NCBI GenBank assembly: GCA_937128595.1
Contig: CAKZMO010000729.1
Span: 1 to 48,399, forward strand
From: an uncultured cyanobacterium
GTDB lineage: Bacteria > Cyanobacteriota > Cyanobacteriia > CAKZMO01
Reading direction: 5' to 3'
DNA: 48,399 bases
Below are positions 1-8,899 of this stretch, piece by piece. A program made the translations under genes and the position numbers. The notes under the pieces are model-generated. The model had not been told where the DNA came from. It made no database searches and saw only the letters and a program-made list of their open reading frames with translations. Every line of letters begins with the position of its first letter. Positions within the stretch are counted from its first letter, which is position 1.

Positions 1-17
1 TGCTCTCTCTCCATCGT

Positions 18-46
18 TACTGCTTCAGGTGCGTACTGCTTCAGGT
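18..46. repeat. 13-bp direct repeat TACTGCTTCAGGT x2 (16-bp period)
   Basis: Copies at 18-30 and 34-46, read directly. Confidence 0.8.
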
Positions 47-67
47 TTAGGAATTGTCTTCGGAGAC

Positions 68-1183
68 TCAGGCTGAGGGCGTTGGCTCTGGCCCCTGTGT
101 AGAGGGTGGACGAGGATGGGAATCATCGGTCACGGGCTTTTCCTTGAAGAACTCGAACCGACCATAGAGAGATTCGCTGAATAGAATCACCAAAAAGACG
201 ATCCCCTGAAAGACCAAGACCGTAGCATCGGGTAGATCGTGGGCTCGCTGCAAAATGCCGCCGCTCGCCAAAATGCCCCCGAGCAACACCGAAATGAATA
301 CCGCCAGCAGCGGACTTTGCCGCGCTACAAATGCCACCAATACGCCACCATAGCCGTACCCTACATTCAACGACTCATTCGCCGCTCCCTGTACAGCCGC
401 CACTTCCACCATCCCCGCCAATCCAGCACAGGAACCCGCTAGGAAGCAAATAATCAGCGTCAGCTTACCGACGGGCAAACCTGCGATTCTTGCCGCTCGA
501 ATATTTCCGCCAGCCGTACGCGCCGCAAAGCCAAAGGTCGTACGTCGAATCAAAACGTAAGAAATAATACAGGCGATGATGCCGTAGATCAGACCCCAGT
601 GAACTCGACTACCAGGCATGGTGCCCAGCATGTTGATATCTGCCAAAGGATAGGTCGAAGGCTTATTGAGCGAACTCGGATCGCGCATGGGGCCACCCAC
701 CAAGTGGTTGAGAAGGGCGATCGCCACATAGTTAAGCAACAGGCTGCTAATCGTCTCGTTCACCGCGCGGTAATGGCGCAGCGCACCGGCTGCCATAATC
801 CAAAGGCCACCCGCGACCATGCCGCCAATTGCCATACCGATTTGCACCAGGAGAGGAGGAAACGTGGCGATCGCCAGACCCACAGACACCGCCGCCAGAC
901 CACCAATAACCAACGCTCCTTCATTCCCAATAATCACTAGCCCCAACTGGGCGGGCAACACCGTACACAACGATGCCAACATCAGCGGAGACGCCCGAAT
1001 TAGCGTGTTCTGAAACGTACTCCACTTGCCAAACGCCGCCTTCCAGATTGAGCCGTATACCGCAAACGGATTCTCCCCCATCGCCGCGCAAAACAGCCCA
1101 AAAATTACCAGAGAAACAATCAGCGCCCCCAGCGGAATACAAACTTTTTCCAGCGTACCGCGCAAATTGTAGCGACCAAGCAT
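68..1183 (-). CDS. ABC transporter permease (simple sugar/nucleoside BPD_transp_2 type)
   Basis: 371 aa, multi-TM; motifs IGNEGAL, VNETISSLLLNY, RTTFGFAAR..GGN..AARIAG, GYGYGG; downstream of a BMP-family binding protein. Confidence 0.9.
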   Translation of the reverse strand: MLGRYNLRGTLEKVCIPLGALIVSLVIFGLFCAAMGENPFAVYGSIWKAAFGKWSTFQNTLIRASPLMLASLCTVLPAQLGLVIIGNEGALVIGGLAAVSVGLAIATFPPLLVQIGMAIGGMVAGGLWIMAAGALRHYRAVNETISSLLLNYVAIALLNHLVGGPMRDPSSLNKPSTYPLADINMLGTMPGSRVHWGLIYGIIACIISYVLIRRTTFGFAARTAGGNIRAARIAGLPVGKLTLIICFLAGSCAGLAGMVEVAAVQGAANESLNVGYGYGGVLVAFVARQSPLLAVFISVLLGGILASGGILQRAHDLPDATVLVFQGIVFLVILFSESLYGRFEFFKEKPVTDDSHPRPPSTQGPEPTPSA

Positions 1184-1350
1184 GGAAGATTACCTAGCGA
1201 AACAGCAGATGCTTTTTTCTCAGAGATACAGCACAAGGATGAATAAAACGCTGAGATAGCGAGTAAAGTCAGGTCTCCAGTAGTTCTAACGTAAACTACA
1301 GTTCTGACATAGCCGTACAAACGAGAGCTATTTGCACAGGAATATAAGAC

Positions 1351-1424
1351 TGTTTGGTTAGCGAAGCGTACTCCAACCCAAAGGCTGATATTATTGGATT
1401 TCGTGACTTCAACCCAACCCACGG
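1351..1424. repeat. Degenerate inverted REP pair (REPIN-like)
   Basis: Minus strand GTGGGTTGGGTTGAAGTCACGAAATCCAATA resembles the REP at 34881-34912 (GTAGGTTGCGGTTGAGCTTGCGAAACCCAACA); partner GTTTGGTTAGCGAAGCGTACTCCAAC in opposite orientation. Confidence 0.6.
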
Positions 1425-1494
1425 GAATTGCAGAAGCCGTAGGAACTTTCGACGCATCAGGGTTGAAAAACAGCCTGCCCGCACTGAACCTCAC

Positions 1495-1620
1495 ATCTCA
1501 AAGCCAGCCCACCTTTTTGGGTGGAGCTCTGCGGAGACGCAACCGTCCTCCAGCTGGGGATTGAGGGCGGTTGCCCCCAAGACTAGATTCCCTATCTCAG
1601 CAGGCTCCGCCAACACCCCC
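1495..1620. repeat. GC-rich multi-hairpin intergenic element, probable dispersed repeat
   Basis: Short hairpins CCACC-TTTTTG-GGTGG, GGAGACG-CAAC-CGTCCTCC and TTGAGGGC-GGTT-GCCCCCAA in tandem; only one copy in the window, so boundaries are uncertain. Confidence 0.45.
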
Positions 1621-2823
1621 TTAACTATCTACCGACCCAATTACCCCTTCAATCAGATAATTCATCTCTTCCAGCTTCGGGTTATCTTGCTTCAGTTCTT
1701 CCCCTTCAGCCAAAACCACATTCCCTTTGTTGTCTTTCAGCTCACCCTTATAAATTACCAAAGAGCCTTCCTCCAGCCCAGCCTTGGCAGAGTCAGCCGC
1801 TTCCTTCGCCTCATCGCTTACAGGCTCACCGTAGGGCGACATCTTACAAAAGCCCTCTTTCAATCCGCCCCGCAGAATATGAGGAATGCCCCCATCCATC
1901 AAGGTTTTACCCGCTTGGATATCCTCAGCAAGCTTCGTATAGATGTTCGACCAATCCCACTCCGCTCCAGTGAGATAGCCCGTAGGAGCTAGAGCAGACT
2001 GATTCGCATGGTAGCCCGATGAGAAAATGCCTCGCTTTTCAGCCGTTTCCATCACCACTTTAGGACTATCAACGTGGCACGTCACCACATCAATTCCCTG
2101 ATCTGCCATGCTGTTAGTGGCTTCTGCCTCTTTGATCGGTTCTGCCCAGTTGCCCGTAAACACCATCTGTGTGGTGACATTAGGATTAACGCTCTTCGCA
2201 CCCAGCGTAAACGCATTAACATTCCGCAAAACCTGAGGAATTGGCTTTGCACCAATAAAGCCCAGCTTGTTGGACTTCGTCGTCAGGCCAGCCACAATTC
2301 CAGCTACATATTGTGCTTCGTCAATATAGCCAAAATAGCTACCTACATTCTTAGGATGCACATCTTCCTGATATAGCCCTCCGGCATGAAAAAACTGAAC
2401 ATCAGGATACTCTTCAGCCAGCTCAAGGATGTGCGGATCAAAATAGCCAAAGGAGGTGGGGAAAAGCGCCACAGCTCCATCAATATCAATCATGCCCCGC
2501 ATCGATTCGGCAACAGCCGTGGTCTCAGGGACACTGGCCTCTTCCACCAAATTGACCCAGTCATATTTGGACACGACTCCAGCCGCTCCTTCTGCGTGGG
2601 CTTGGTTGTAGCCGTAGTCATCTTTTGGGCCGACGTAAATAAAGCCAATGGTCATAGGCTCTTCGCCACCACCACTAGCCGATCCTGCGGTCTCTTCTCC
2701 TATACTGCTATCGGACGAACATGCCGTTCCGAACTTTGCTGTTACTCCAAATGCTGTAGTGGCGAGTATGCCGCGAATGACCTGACGGCGCGTAACTCCC
2801 GAAAACCGACGATATTGACTCAC
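1621..2823 (-). CDS. BMP-family ABC transporter substrate-binding lipoprotein (Tat signal)
   Basis: TRRQVIRG twin-arginine motif, lipobox-like GTAC, GFIYVGPKDDYGYNQAH, FPTSFGY, GYHANQ motifs. Confidence 0.92.
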   Translation of the reverse strand: MSQYRRFSGVTRRQVIRGILATTAFGVTAKFGTACSSDSSIGEETAGSASGGGEEPMTIGFIYVGPKDDYGYNQAHAEGAAGVVSKYDWVNLVEEASVPETTAVAESMRGMIDIDGAVALFPTSFGYFDPHILELAEEYPDVQFFHAGGLYQEDVHPKNVGSYFGYIDEAQYVAGIVAGLTTKSNKLGFIGAKPIPQVLRNVNAFTLGAKSVNPNVTTQMVFTGNWAEPIKEAEATNSMADQGIDVVTCHVDSPKVVMETAEKRGIFSSGYHANQSALAPTGYLTGAEWDWSNIYTKLAEDIQAGKTLMDGGIPHILRGGLKEGFCKMSPYGEPVSDEAKEAADSAKAGLEEGSLVIYKGELKDNKGNVVLAEGEELKQDNPKLEEMNYLIEGVIGSVDS

Positions 2824-2988
2824 AGAACCAGCCCTCTCGTAGCGTAAATTCTCTAGATAAATTCTATTACAGCTCTATTGAAGCTCTAACTGTACCAGTG
2901 TTTAGTTCAAATGGAACGGTTTTCTAGAATCACAATTAGAACCCAAGTCAAGCCTATGAACAATCCTGCCCTGTCTCTAGGCAAAAAC

Positions 2989-3003
2989 TGTTCGTTACGA
3001 ACA
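2989..3003. promoter_or_regulatory. 15-bp palindrome TGTTCGT-T-ACGAACA, possible operator in divergent promoter region
   Basis: Perfect 7-bp inverted repeat between divergent genes; regulatory role is inference. Confidence 0.35.
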
Positions 3004-3010
3004 TCAAATA

Positions 3011-3232
3011 TATAGTGCTACGCGCTGATATAAAACCAATGGCGTTGCACAGCATGGAATGATGCGGAAAGATTCAACTCATGGATGACCTGCTGTAGGG
3101 GCATCGCAATGCGATGCCCCTACCAAAATCATTCTTCGAATGTGCAATGCCAAACCAATAGTTGATGGAGAAGCCGCGCGGTGCGCGGCTTCTCCATCAA
3201 TATCTGTCCTAACCTATCTGCGCATTGCTATA
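3011..3232. mobile_element. Hairpin-carrying miniature element (family A), copy 1, interrupted by element B
   Basis: TATAGTGCTACGCGCTGATA...TATCTGCGCATTGCTATA ends; 18-bp perfect stem 3162-3179/3183-3200; aligns end to end with 46861-46964 once 3041-3159 is removed. Confidence 0.88.
3041..3151. mobile_element. 111-bp MITE (family B) with 8-bp target-site duplication and internal REP-like hairpin
   Basis: TIRs GGCGTTGCACA...TGTGCAATGCC; AAACCAAT duplicated at 3033-3040 and 3152-3159; internal GTAGGGGCATCGCA-A-TGCGATGCCCCTAC at 3095-3123. Confidence 0.9.
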
Positions 3233-3276
3233 TTTAGTCAACCAGGATGATGCAGAAAGATACTTGATGGAGACCC

Positions 3277-3669
3277 ATGCCAGTGGATTCAGTGCAGTTG
3301 GCCGTCAACGGAACCCTGATGCGCGGACTAGAGCTAAGCGATAACTTACTCAACGTAGGCGCAACCTTCGTGAGAGCGGCGACTACGGAACCAACCTATC
3401 GCCTCTGGTCAATTGGCGATCGCCATCCAGCAATGATTCGAGTACGTGAAGGGGGAGTCGCTATTGCCCTAGAAGTTTGGGCCGTGCCACCAGCGGGGTT
3501 AGCTCAAGTGCTGCTACAAGAACCACCGGGGCTTTGCGTCGGCAAAGTCAAACTATCCGACGGTGCTGAAGTCTTGGGAGTCGTTGGTGAACCGCTCCTA
3601 TGTGAAGGTCAAAAAGAAATCACCCAACATGGAGGGTGGCGTCAATACACAGCTAGCCTTGCCGAATAA
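3277..3669 (+). CDS. Stand-alone allophanate hydrolase C-terminal (gamma-glutamylcyclotransferase-like) domain protein
   Basis: LAVNGTLMRGLEL, YRLWSIGDRHPAM, EPPGLCVGKVKLSDG, EITQHGGWRQY match the AtzF C-terminal domain pattern. Confidence 0.85.
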   Translation: MPVDSVQLAVNGTLMRGLELSDNLLNVGATFVRAATTEPTYRLWSIGDRHPAMIRVREGGVAIALEVWAVPPAGLAQVLLQEPPGLCVGKVKLSDGAEVLGVVGEPLLCEGQKEITQHGGWRQYTASLAE

Positions 3670-3678
3670 TTCGAAAGG

Positions 3679-3733
3679 TCTCTCCAGTCCACTATTCTCT
3701 CCAGCCCACTATATTCTCTCCAGCCCACTATAT
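3679..3733. repeat. Three tandem 17-19-bp units TCTCTCCAG(T/C)CCACTAT(AT)
   Basis: Units at 3679-3695, 3696-3714 and 3715-3733, between convergent genes. Confidence 0.85.
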
Positions 3734-3743
3734 AGTCAGCGCT

Positions 3744-4571
3744 CTAATTCGCATTGCGACTGAGCGCCGTCATCATGGCTTGTTGAGCCACGGTTTGATA
3801 AATGCTGTCGAGATGCTGTCTCACCGTTTGGGCATCATTGGGAGCAAGGGGCAACTTTCCTAACACATCGAGAACGGTAGATGTATTAGACGGCGTGATC
3901 ACGACTAGAGAAGAATCAAGGGGACGGTCGTAGTGCCAGAAATCTCCTGCCTTCAGCAAACGTTCGGGCTGAGGCTCGATCTGCGGTTTCTTTTTGGCTA
4001 CGTCTTCTTGGGTATCTGATTCACTCAGGCCACTGCGCTTATTTCGGAGAGCATCCAGAATTTGAGATTTTGTGCGTCCTCGAAGCTGAAACAACACAAA
4101 CGGATCTTCCCGAAAAAAGTTTCCAAGTTGGTAATAGACCGCCGCGATGTGTTTGCAAGGATTTTTGGGATCAGGACAGTTGCAGCGAGAATGCACATCT
4201 GACAACGTAAACGGGAAAAGGCTCAGACCATTCGCCGTAAACACTTCCTCAATGTCATCGGGCATCTCTCCCGCCAGCATCTTGGCAGAATAAACGGCCT
4301 TCTGTGCCATCGTGTTGACCACAAAATCCCAATCTTCATCGCCGAAAACATCGATTGAGATCGTCAGCTTGTAGGGATTGGGAGCCGTGCCCTGAACGCG
4401 AGCGTGAACCTTCGCGCCTCGAAACTCTAGGCTGAGGATGTTGCCTTCGCGGGCATAGATGCGTCCCCGTTCGAGCCGTTTTTTGAAACGATAAGAATTG
4501 AGCAGGTCAACCCAACGCTGTACCCACCACTCTTGGGCGATCGCTTCGGGCTGGGTTGTATATGCGGTCAT
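3744..4571 (-). CDS. SWIM zinc finger family protein
   Basis: CNCPD..NPCKHIAAV SWIM motif; RLERGRIYAREG N-terminal motif; DPFVLFQLRG. Confidence 0.92.
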   Translation of the reverse strand: MTAYTTQPEAIAQEWWVQRWVDLLNSYRFKKRLERGRIYAREGNILSLEFRGAKVHARVQGTAPNPYKLTISIDVFGDEDWDFVVNTMAQKAVYSAKMLAGEMPDDIEEVFTANGLSLFPFTLSDVHSRCNCPDPKNPCKHIAAVYYQLGNFFREDPFVLFQLRGRTKSQILDALRNKRSGLSESDTQEDVAKKKPQIEPQPERLLKAGDFWHYDRPLDSSLVVITPSNTSTVLDVLGKLPLAPNDAQTVRQHLDSIYQTVAQQAMMTALSRNAN

Positions 4572-4628
4572 AGAATCATGTCCGTTGCTGTGCTGGCAGG
4601 CGCTGCCTGAAGACAGTCTCCAAATTGG

Positions 4629-6422
4629 TTAATAGCGCTGCTGAACATATTGTAGGATGCCTCGGGCGATCGCCTGAGCCATGCGTTCCTGATACGCGGG
4701 GTCTCTCAGCAACGGGGCATCTCTCGCCCCCGTGACAAATCCTGTTTCTACCAACGTTGCGGGCATAGAGGTTCTGCGAATCACATAAAAGCGAGCCTGT
4801 TTCACTCCTCGATCAGGCCCTCCCACCGCTTGCAACATGCTGTTGTGGATCGATTGAGCAAGCGCTAAGCCCTGACTCGAAGCGTAGTATGTCTCGATGC
4901 CATTGACATCAGGACGACTCATGCTGATGGCGTTGGCGTGAATGCTGACAAACAAGGTTGCATTAGCTCGTTCCGCAATTTGCACCCGTCCTTCCAACGA
5001 AATCGTTTGCTCTGTCGTCCGTGTCATTACCACGACTACTCCCTGTTGCTGGAGCAAGGTGGCTACCCGTAGCGAGAGCGGCAATACCACATTAGTTTCT
5101 CTGAGGCCGCCAATGCCGATCGCACCAGGATCGCGTCCCCCATGCCCCGGATCGATCACTACCACGACACGACTGTTGACATCAGGCAGATTGATTGGCT
5201 CATCAGGAATCACCCCTGGAGTGGCAAGCGCGGTTCCCTGGAATGACAAGGCTAGCAATTCTCGGTTGGGTTGATTGACATTGCCGAGACGAATTCCTGC
5301 CGCAGGCAAGAGCGATACGATTACCGAATCATTCTCTTCCCGCAAGCGAATGCGCAGCAGTGGCCCACCGTCAGGAATCTGAGGATTGGCGATCGCCTCT
5401 GCTAGACGAGCATTGGGAATCACGATTTGATAATCAGTCGTGGCCCGATCCCAGCCTGAGGTATAGGAGCTGATGGATTCATCTCCCCGAATCACCAGAG
5501 ACGTGCCGTTATTCGCTAGCTCCACGCTCTCGATCGTCGTAATAACAGGGGTTGCTTCTGACCCGTTAGACGGACGCTGAGCTAAAGAAGCTCTAGGACG
5601 ATCGTCTCGCGTCGTCGCATCAGTGGTTGCAGTCGGAACCAGAGCAATTCCGCCTAAATTCGTTGCTGTCGCTTGCCAATTAGAGTCTTCGTCGTCGAGT
5701 CGTAGAGTCACTTCCACTGTGGGCGGATCGTCGTCTGCTTGCTCAAACTCGATGCGGTCGATGCCAAACTGATCGATCTCTACGGACCCTGGAACTTGAG
5801 TAGACAGAGACGTGTTTGCAATTTCGAGAGTCAATCGTTCGCGATCGCGACTCCGGTCGATGTCAATTTCTGGGACTTCTCCGGCAGTTCTTAAAAACAG
5901 GCCGTCGCGGGTAATTCGGACTCCATCGAGGCGAGTTGCCGCACCTGCGACTTGGGCTTCCTCTCCAGTGATCAGCTCAGGAGTAGGAATTGAAGGGGTT
6001 TGGGCGATCGCTCCCGCATCTCCAATCCGTTGCGGCTCCGGCAAGTTGACCACCCACTGAGTTGAGGTGATGCCCTCAACCGAAACCTGCTGAGGATCGA
6101 GGGTGTAGCCCGGACTCAATTCGACCACAAGCCGAGTCGTTTGGCTGTTGAACTGCCCAACCCGAACTTCTCGAATTGCCTCTCCGACAAACTGGGTTGG
6201 CAAGGCATTATTGAGAGTGACGCCTGGTAGGTCAATGACAACCCGCGTCGGATTTTGTATCAACTGAGCCCGAGGCGTCACACTCGAATCGGTTGTGAAG
6301 GTTAGACGGTTTTCTGACGTATCAAACCGCCAGAACTGGAGACGAGCCGCTTGAGCTGGAAGCGCCAATAGCAACACCGCAAGAGAACCCAACAGGCTGG
6401 GCATCAAACTACGAAATCTCAC
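4629..6422 (-). CDS. amiC: N-acetylmuramoyl-L-alanine amidase (AMIN domains + Amidase_3), AmiC-like
   Basis: Signal peptide, AMIN motifs (NPTRVVIDLP, VRVGQF..TTRLVVEL), catalytic IDPGHGG..E, SIHAN, LVETGF; start moved to GTG 6422, which has AGGAGG upstream. Confidence 0.92.
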   Translation of the reverse strand: MRFRSLMPSLLGSLAVLLLALPAQAARLQFWRFDTSENRLTFTTDSSVTPRAQLIQNPTRVVIDLPGVTLNNALPTQFVGEAIREVRVGQFNSQTTRLVVELSPGYTLDPQQVSVEGITSTQWVVNLPEPQRIGDAGAIAQTPSIPTPELITGEEAQVAGAATRLDGVRITRDGLFLRTAGEVPEIDIDRSRDRERLTLEIANTSLSTQVPGSVEIDQFGIDRIEFEQADDDPPTVEVTLRLDDEDSNWQATATNLGGIALVPTATTDATTRDDRPRASLAQRPSNGSEATPVITTIESVELANNGTSLVIRGDESISSYTSGWDRATTDYQIVIPNARLAEAIANPQIPDGGPLLRIRLREENDSVIVSLLPAAGIRLGNVNQPNRELLALSFQGTALATPGVIPDEPINLPDVNSRVVVVIDPGHGGRDPGAIGIGGLRETNVVLPLSLRVATLLQQQGVVVVMTRTTEQTISLEGRVQIAERANATLFVSIHANAISMSRPDVNGIETYYASSQGLALAQSIHNSMLQAVGGPDRGVKQARFYVIRRTSMPATLVETGFVTGARDAPLLRDPAYQERMAQAIARGILQYVQQRY

Positions 6423-6505
6423 AGGCTGAACGCCTCCTACTTGAAAAGTGGGGAACGAACGACCATCATAGAAGCCAATCCCAAAAAGTAACAAGTCCTA
6501 CTTTT

Positions 6506-6595
6506 AGGAGGCAGGAGATAGGGGACAGGAGACGGGAGGACTAAGACGCATTCCAAAATTTGAACCTTCAACTCCAAAATCCAAAATCACAAACT
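6506..6595. repeat. Degenerate heptamer (STRR-like) tandem repeats
   Basis: AGGAGGC AGGAGAT AGGGGAC AGGAGAC GGGAGGA, then ...CCAAAAT CCAAAAT CACAAAC. Confidence 0.6.
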
Positions 6596-6630
6596 ATCTA
6601 CAGTTAGCTTCTCGCCATGTCCGTCAGAAT

Positions 6631-8169
6631 TCAGTCAGAATTTGGCCGGGTGTCTCCTAACGACTGCTTCAGGGGGGTGACGATTCGTTCTGTCGCCTCT
6701 CGAATAAACGCTTTGACAAACTCATCTCGCCGATTCAGTTGAAATTGTTGCTGCACGACATCCATCATGCCGCCGTCGCCCCAGGTCTGATCACGGCGGA
6801 AATATTCGATAAAGCTGCGTCCGGCAATGCGAGTTAGATAAGCCGCTGACACGCCTTGCACAGCCTGTCCCACGACCAGCGTACCCACATTGACCTTGAG
6901 CGCAAGATTCGACAACTCTACTGCTCCCTTAACCACACCCAAGCCAACGAGAGTTTTCGACAACGAAAAAGCTAGCTCGCGAGCATGTTCCAGATTCACC
7001 CGACAGCCGTAGACTTGACCCAGTTCAATCACCATCTGGGCGTTGATTGCCGCTGCTGCTAACAGGTCTACTCCGGGCAAAGGAGTGAGCGATACAACGC
7101 CGCCGCTGATCCATTGAAATCGATCGACAATTTTTTCCGCTTCTCTACGGCGCTGGTCGTCAATCACACTACGGGCTTCGTCTCCCAGCCGCTGAGCCTG
7201 AAGCAAAATATTGTCAGCCAGCAAGCTTTCGCCTTCCGAGCGCAATACTGCTGCCATGCGCCGCAACAACGGCGATAGGTAAGGCTGGGGTTGCACCCGT
7301 TCTCCCGTATCGAGAGTCACAGCTTGAGGCTGAGCGGCGATCGCCACCACATCGTCAGGATCGATTTGCTCTGCTACCCGTCCCTTCAGTTGAATCAATA
7401 GAGCTTCTAGATCCTCCTGGGTGTAAAGATCGACTTTGTTGAACACCAGCAGCGATCGCTTGCCCATCTCCACCAGACGCCGCAGCACATCCTGTTCAGA
7501 CTGGCGTAAGTCATTGTCTACGACAAACAGCAGCAGATCAGCCTCCGTCGCCAACTGTCGAGCTTGCTGTTCTCGCTCTGTTCCAATGACATCGGCCTCC
7601 AAAATACCCGGTGTATCAGTAATCCAGATAGCGCGATCGACTTGCTTAAAGCGAAATCGATAGGTCGTCCCTACGGTTGTTGTCCCCATGGGCGCACCGA
7701 CCTCTCCCGCCACCCGCCCCAAAATCGCATTGGCGATAGATGTTTTGCCCGCTGAACCCGTGCCAAAAATTACGACATGCAAGTAGTCCCGCTTGAGATC
7801 AGCTTCAATTCGGTGCGATCGCTCCAGCAGTGCTTGCCGCGCAATTTCATCTTGAATTTGGGTGACCTGTTGCCGAATGGCCGAAAGATTTTCTCCCGCT
7901 GCATCAATCTTTTCCGGTGGAGCTTCAGGCAGAGACTTCGACGTTGAGGAGCGATCAGAAGGCTGACTGAACTGAATGAAGTAGTAAATCAGCGCCCCAA
8001 TGAGCGTAGCAAGCAACAATAGCACCACCAGCAGCAAGATATTGGCTAGCAGCACAGAAGCCGAAGCAACTGCGGTATAAAACTGACTCAGAGTTCCAGT
8101 GAGCCACAGCACCATCCCAAGAATCAGAACGATGCCGCTCACCAACGTCAAAATGCGAAATCGGTTCAT
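6631..8169 (-). CDS. YcjF/DUF697-family membrane-anchored GTP-binding protein
   Basis: Two N-terminal TM helices; G1 GTGSAGKTS, G3 DTPG, G4 NKVD; C-terminal TPLPGVDLL..INAQMV. Confidence 0.9.
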   Translation of the reverse strand: MNRFRILTLVSGIVLILGMVLWLTGTLSQFYTAVASASVLLANILLLVVLLLLATLIGALIYYFIQFSQPSDRSSTSKSLPEAPPEKIDAAGENLSAIRQQVTQIQDEIARQALLERSHRIEADLKRDYLHVVIFGTGSAGKTSIANAILGRVAGEVGAPMGTTTVGTTYRFRFKQVDRAIWITDTPGILEADVIGTEREQQARQLATEADLLLFVVDNDLRQSEQDVLRRLVEMGKRSLLVFNKVDLYTQEDLEALLIQLKGRVAEQIDPDDVVAIAAQPQAVTLDTGERVQPQPYLSPLLRRMAAVLRSEGESLLADNILLQAQRLGDEARSVIDDQRRREAEKIVDRFQWISGGVVSLTPLPGVDLLAAAAINAQMVIELGQVYGCRVNLEHARELAFSLSKTLVGLGVVKGAVELSNLALKVNVGTLVVGQAVQGVSAAYLTRIAGRSFIEYFRRDQTWGDGGMMDVVQQQFQLNRRDEFVKAFIREATERIVTPLKQSLGDTRPNSD

Positions 8170-8290
8170 CAGCAAGACGCCACATGGATGTCCAGATCTT
8201 CCCAGTAAATCTGTCCCGTAATTTACTCAGCACAGATCTTTTGCGATCCTAATACGCTCAAGTCCCTAAATTACTTTGAATTTTTTTGAC

Positions 8291-8719
8291 CTATCGCAAG
8301 CAGGCTTGTTGCTGAATTTGACTATCTAAGAAAGACACCAGATCAGCAACCGTATGTAGCATCTGATCATAAAAGCAGTCGCTGATGTCAAAGCCAAATT
8401 GAGCCTCAACGTCCTCACAAAAGCTGAACTCCCAATCAAACCAGCACACTTCTGTCCAGGAGAGATCCTCTTCAAGCCGATCGCTCGGCAACACGCGCCC
8501 AAACTGTATGCCTGAATATTCAGCGAAGCGACTGTAGGCAAACTCGGCGGTGACAGGGGAAATATCCTGATCTTGCCAAAACATTTTGAACCACTGATTA
8601 GCTTCGAGGTAGGGGCGCTGGCGCAGAGCTTGATTGACCCTGCGGCGGAGACGCATGTCAGGACTTAATGTCTTGTAAGTAATTAAGTTGTTCACTAAAT
8701 TGCTTACTCGTCGCCACAT
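8291..8719 (-). CDS. Hypothetical protein with acyl-carrier-protein-like C-terminus
   Basis: 142-aa ORF; PSDRLEEDL...EAQFGFDI...TVADLVSFL resembles ACP helices. Confidence 0.7.
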   Translation of the reverse strand: MWRRVSNLVNNLITYKTLSPDMRLRRRVNQALRQRPYLEANQWFKMFWQDQDISPVTAEFAYSRFAEYSGIQFGRVLPSDRLEEDLSWTEVCWFDWEFSFCEDVEAQFGFDISDCFYDQMLHTVADLVSFLDSQIQQQACLR

Positions 8720-8899
8720 AAGTTTGAGAAGCTAGATGCCCCTCTTCGAGCTTCCCCTAAAGTATTCCCATTCCCCTTCCGATATCTCAAGTCACTGATG
8801 TAAGGATTTTCTTCGATCTCTGAAACACACTTCTTTGTCTTGAATTATTTTTATATCAAGAAACAATAATGCAGTAAATTAAAGAAATAAGCTGTGAAT

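Noticed and set aside
1-14. Possible ATG of a second permease at the left edge (minus strand)
   Set aside because: Only four codons are visible; cannot be supported.
2824-3010. Guanidine or other riboswitch upstream of the BMP transporter
   Set aside because: No conserved ykkC-type motifs recognisable on the coding strand.
3679-3733. Short direct repeats as a CRISPR array
   Set aside because: Units are 17-19 bp, adjacent and have no spacers; no cas genes in the window.
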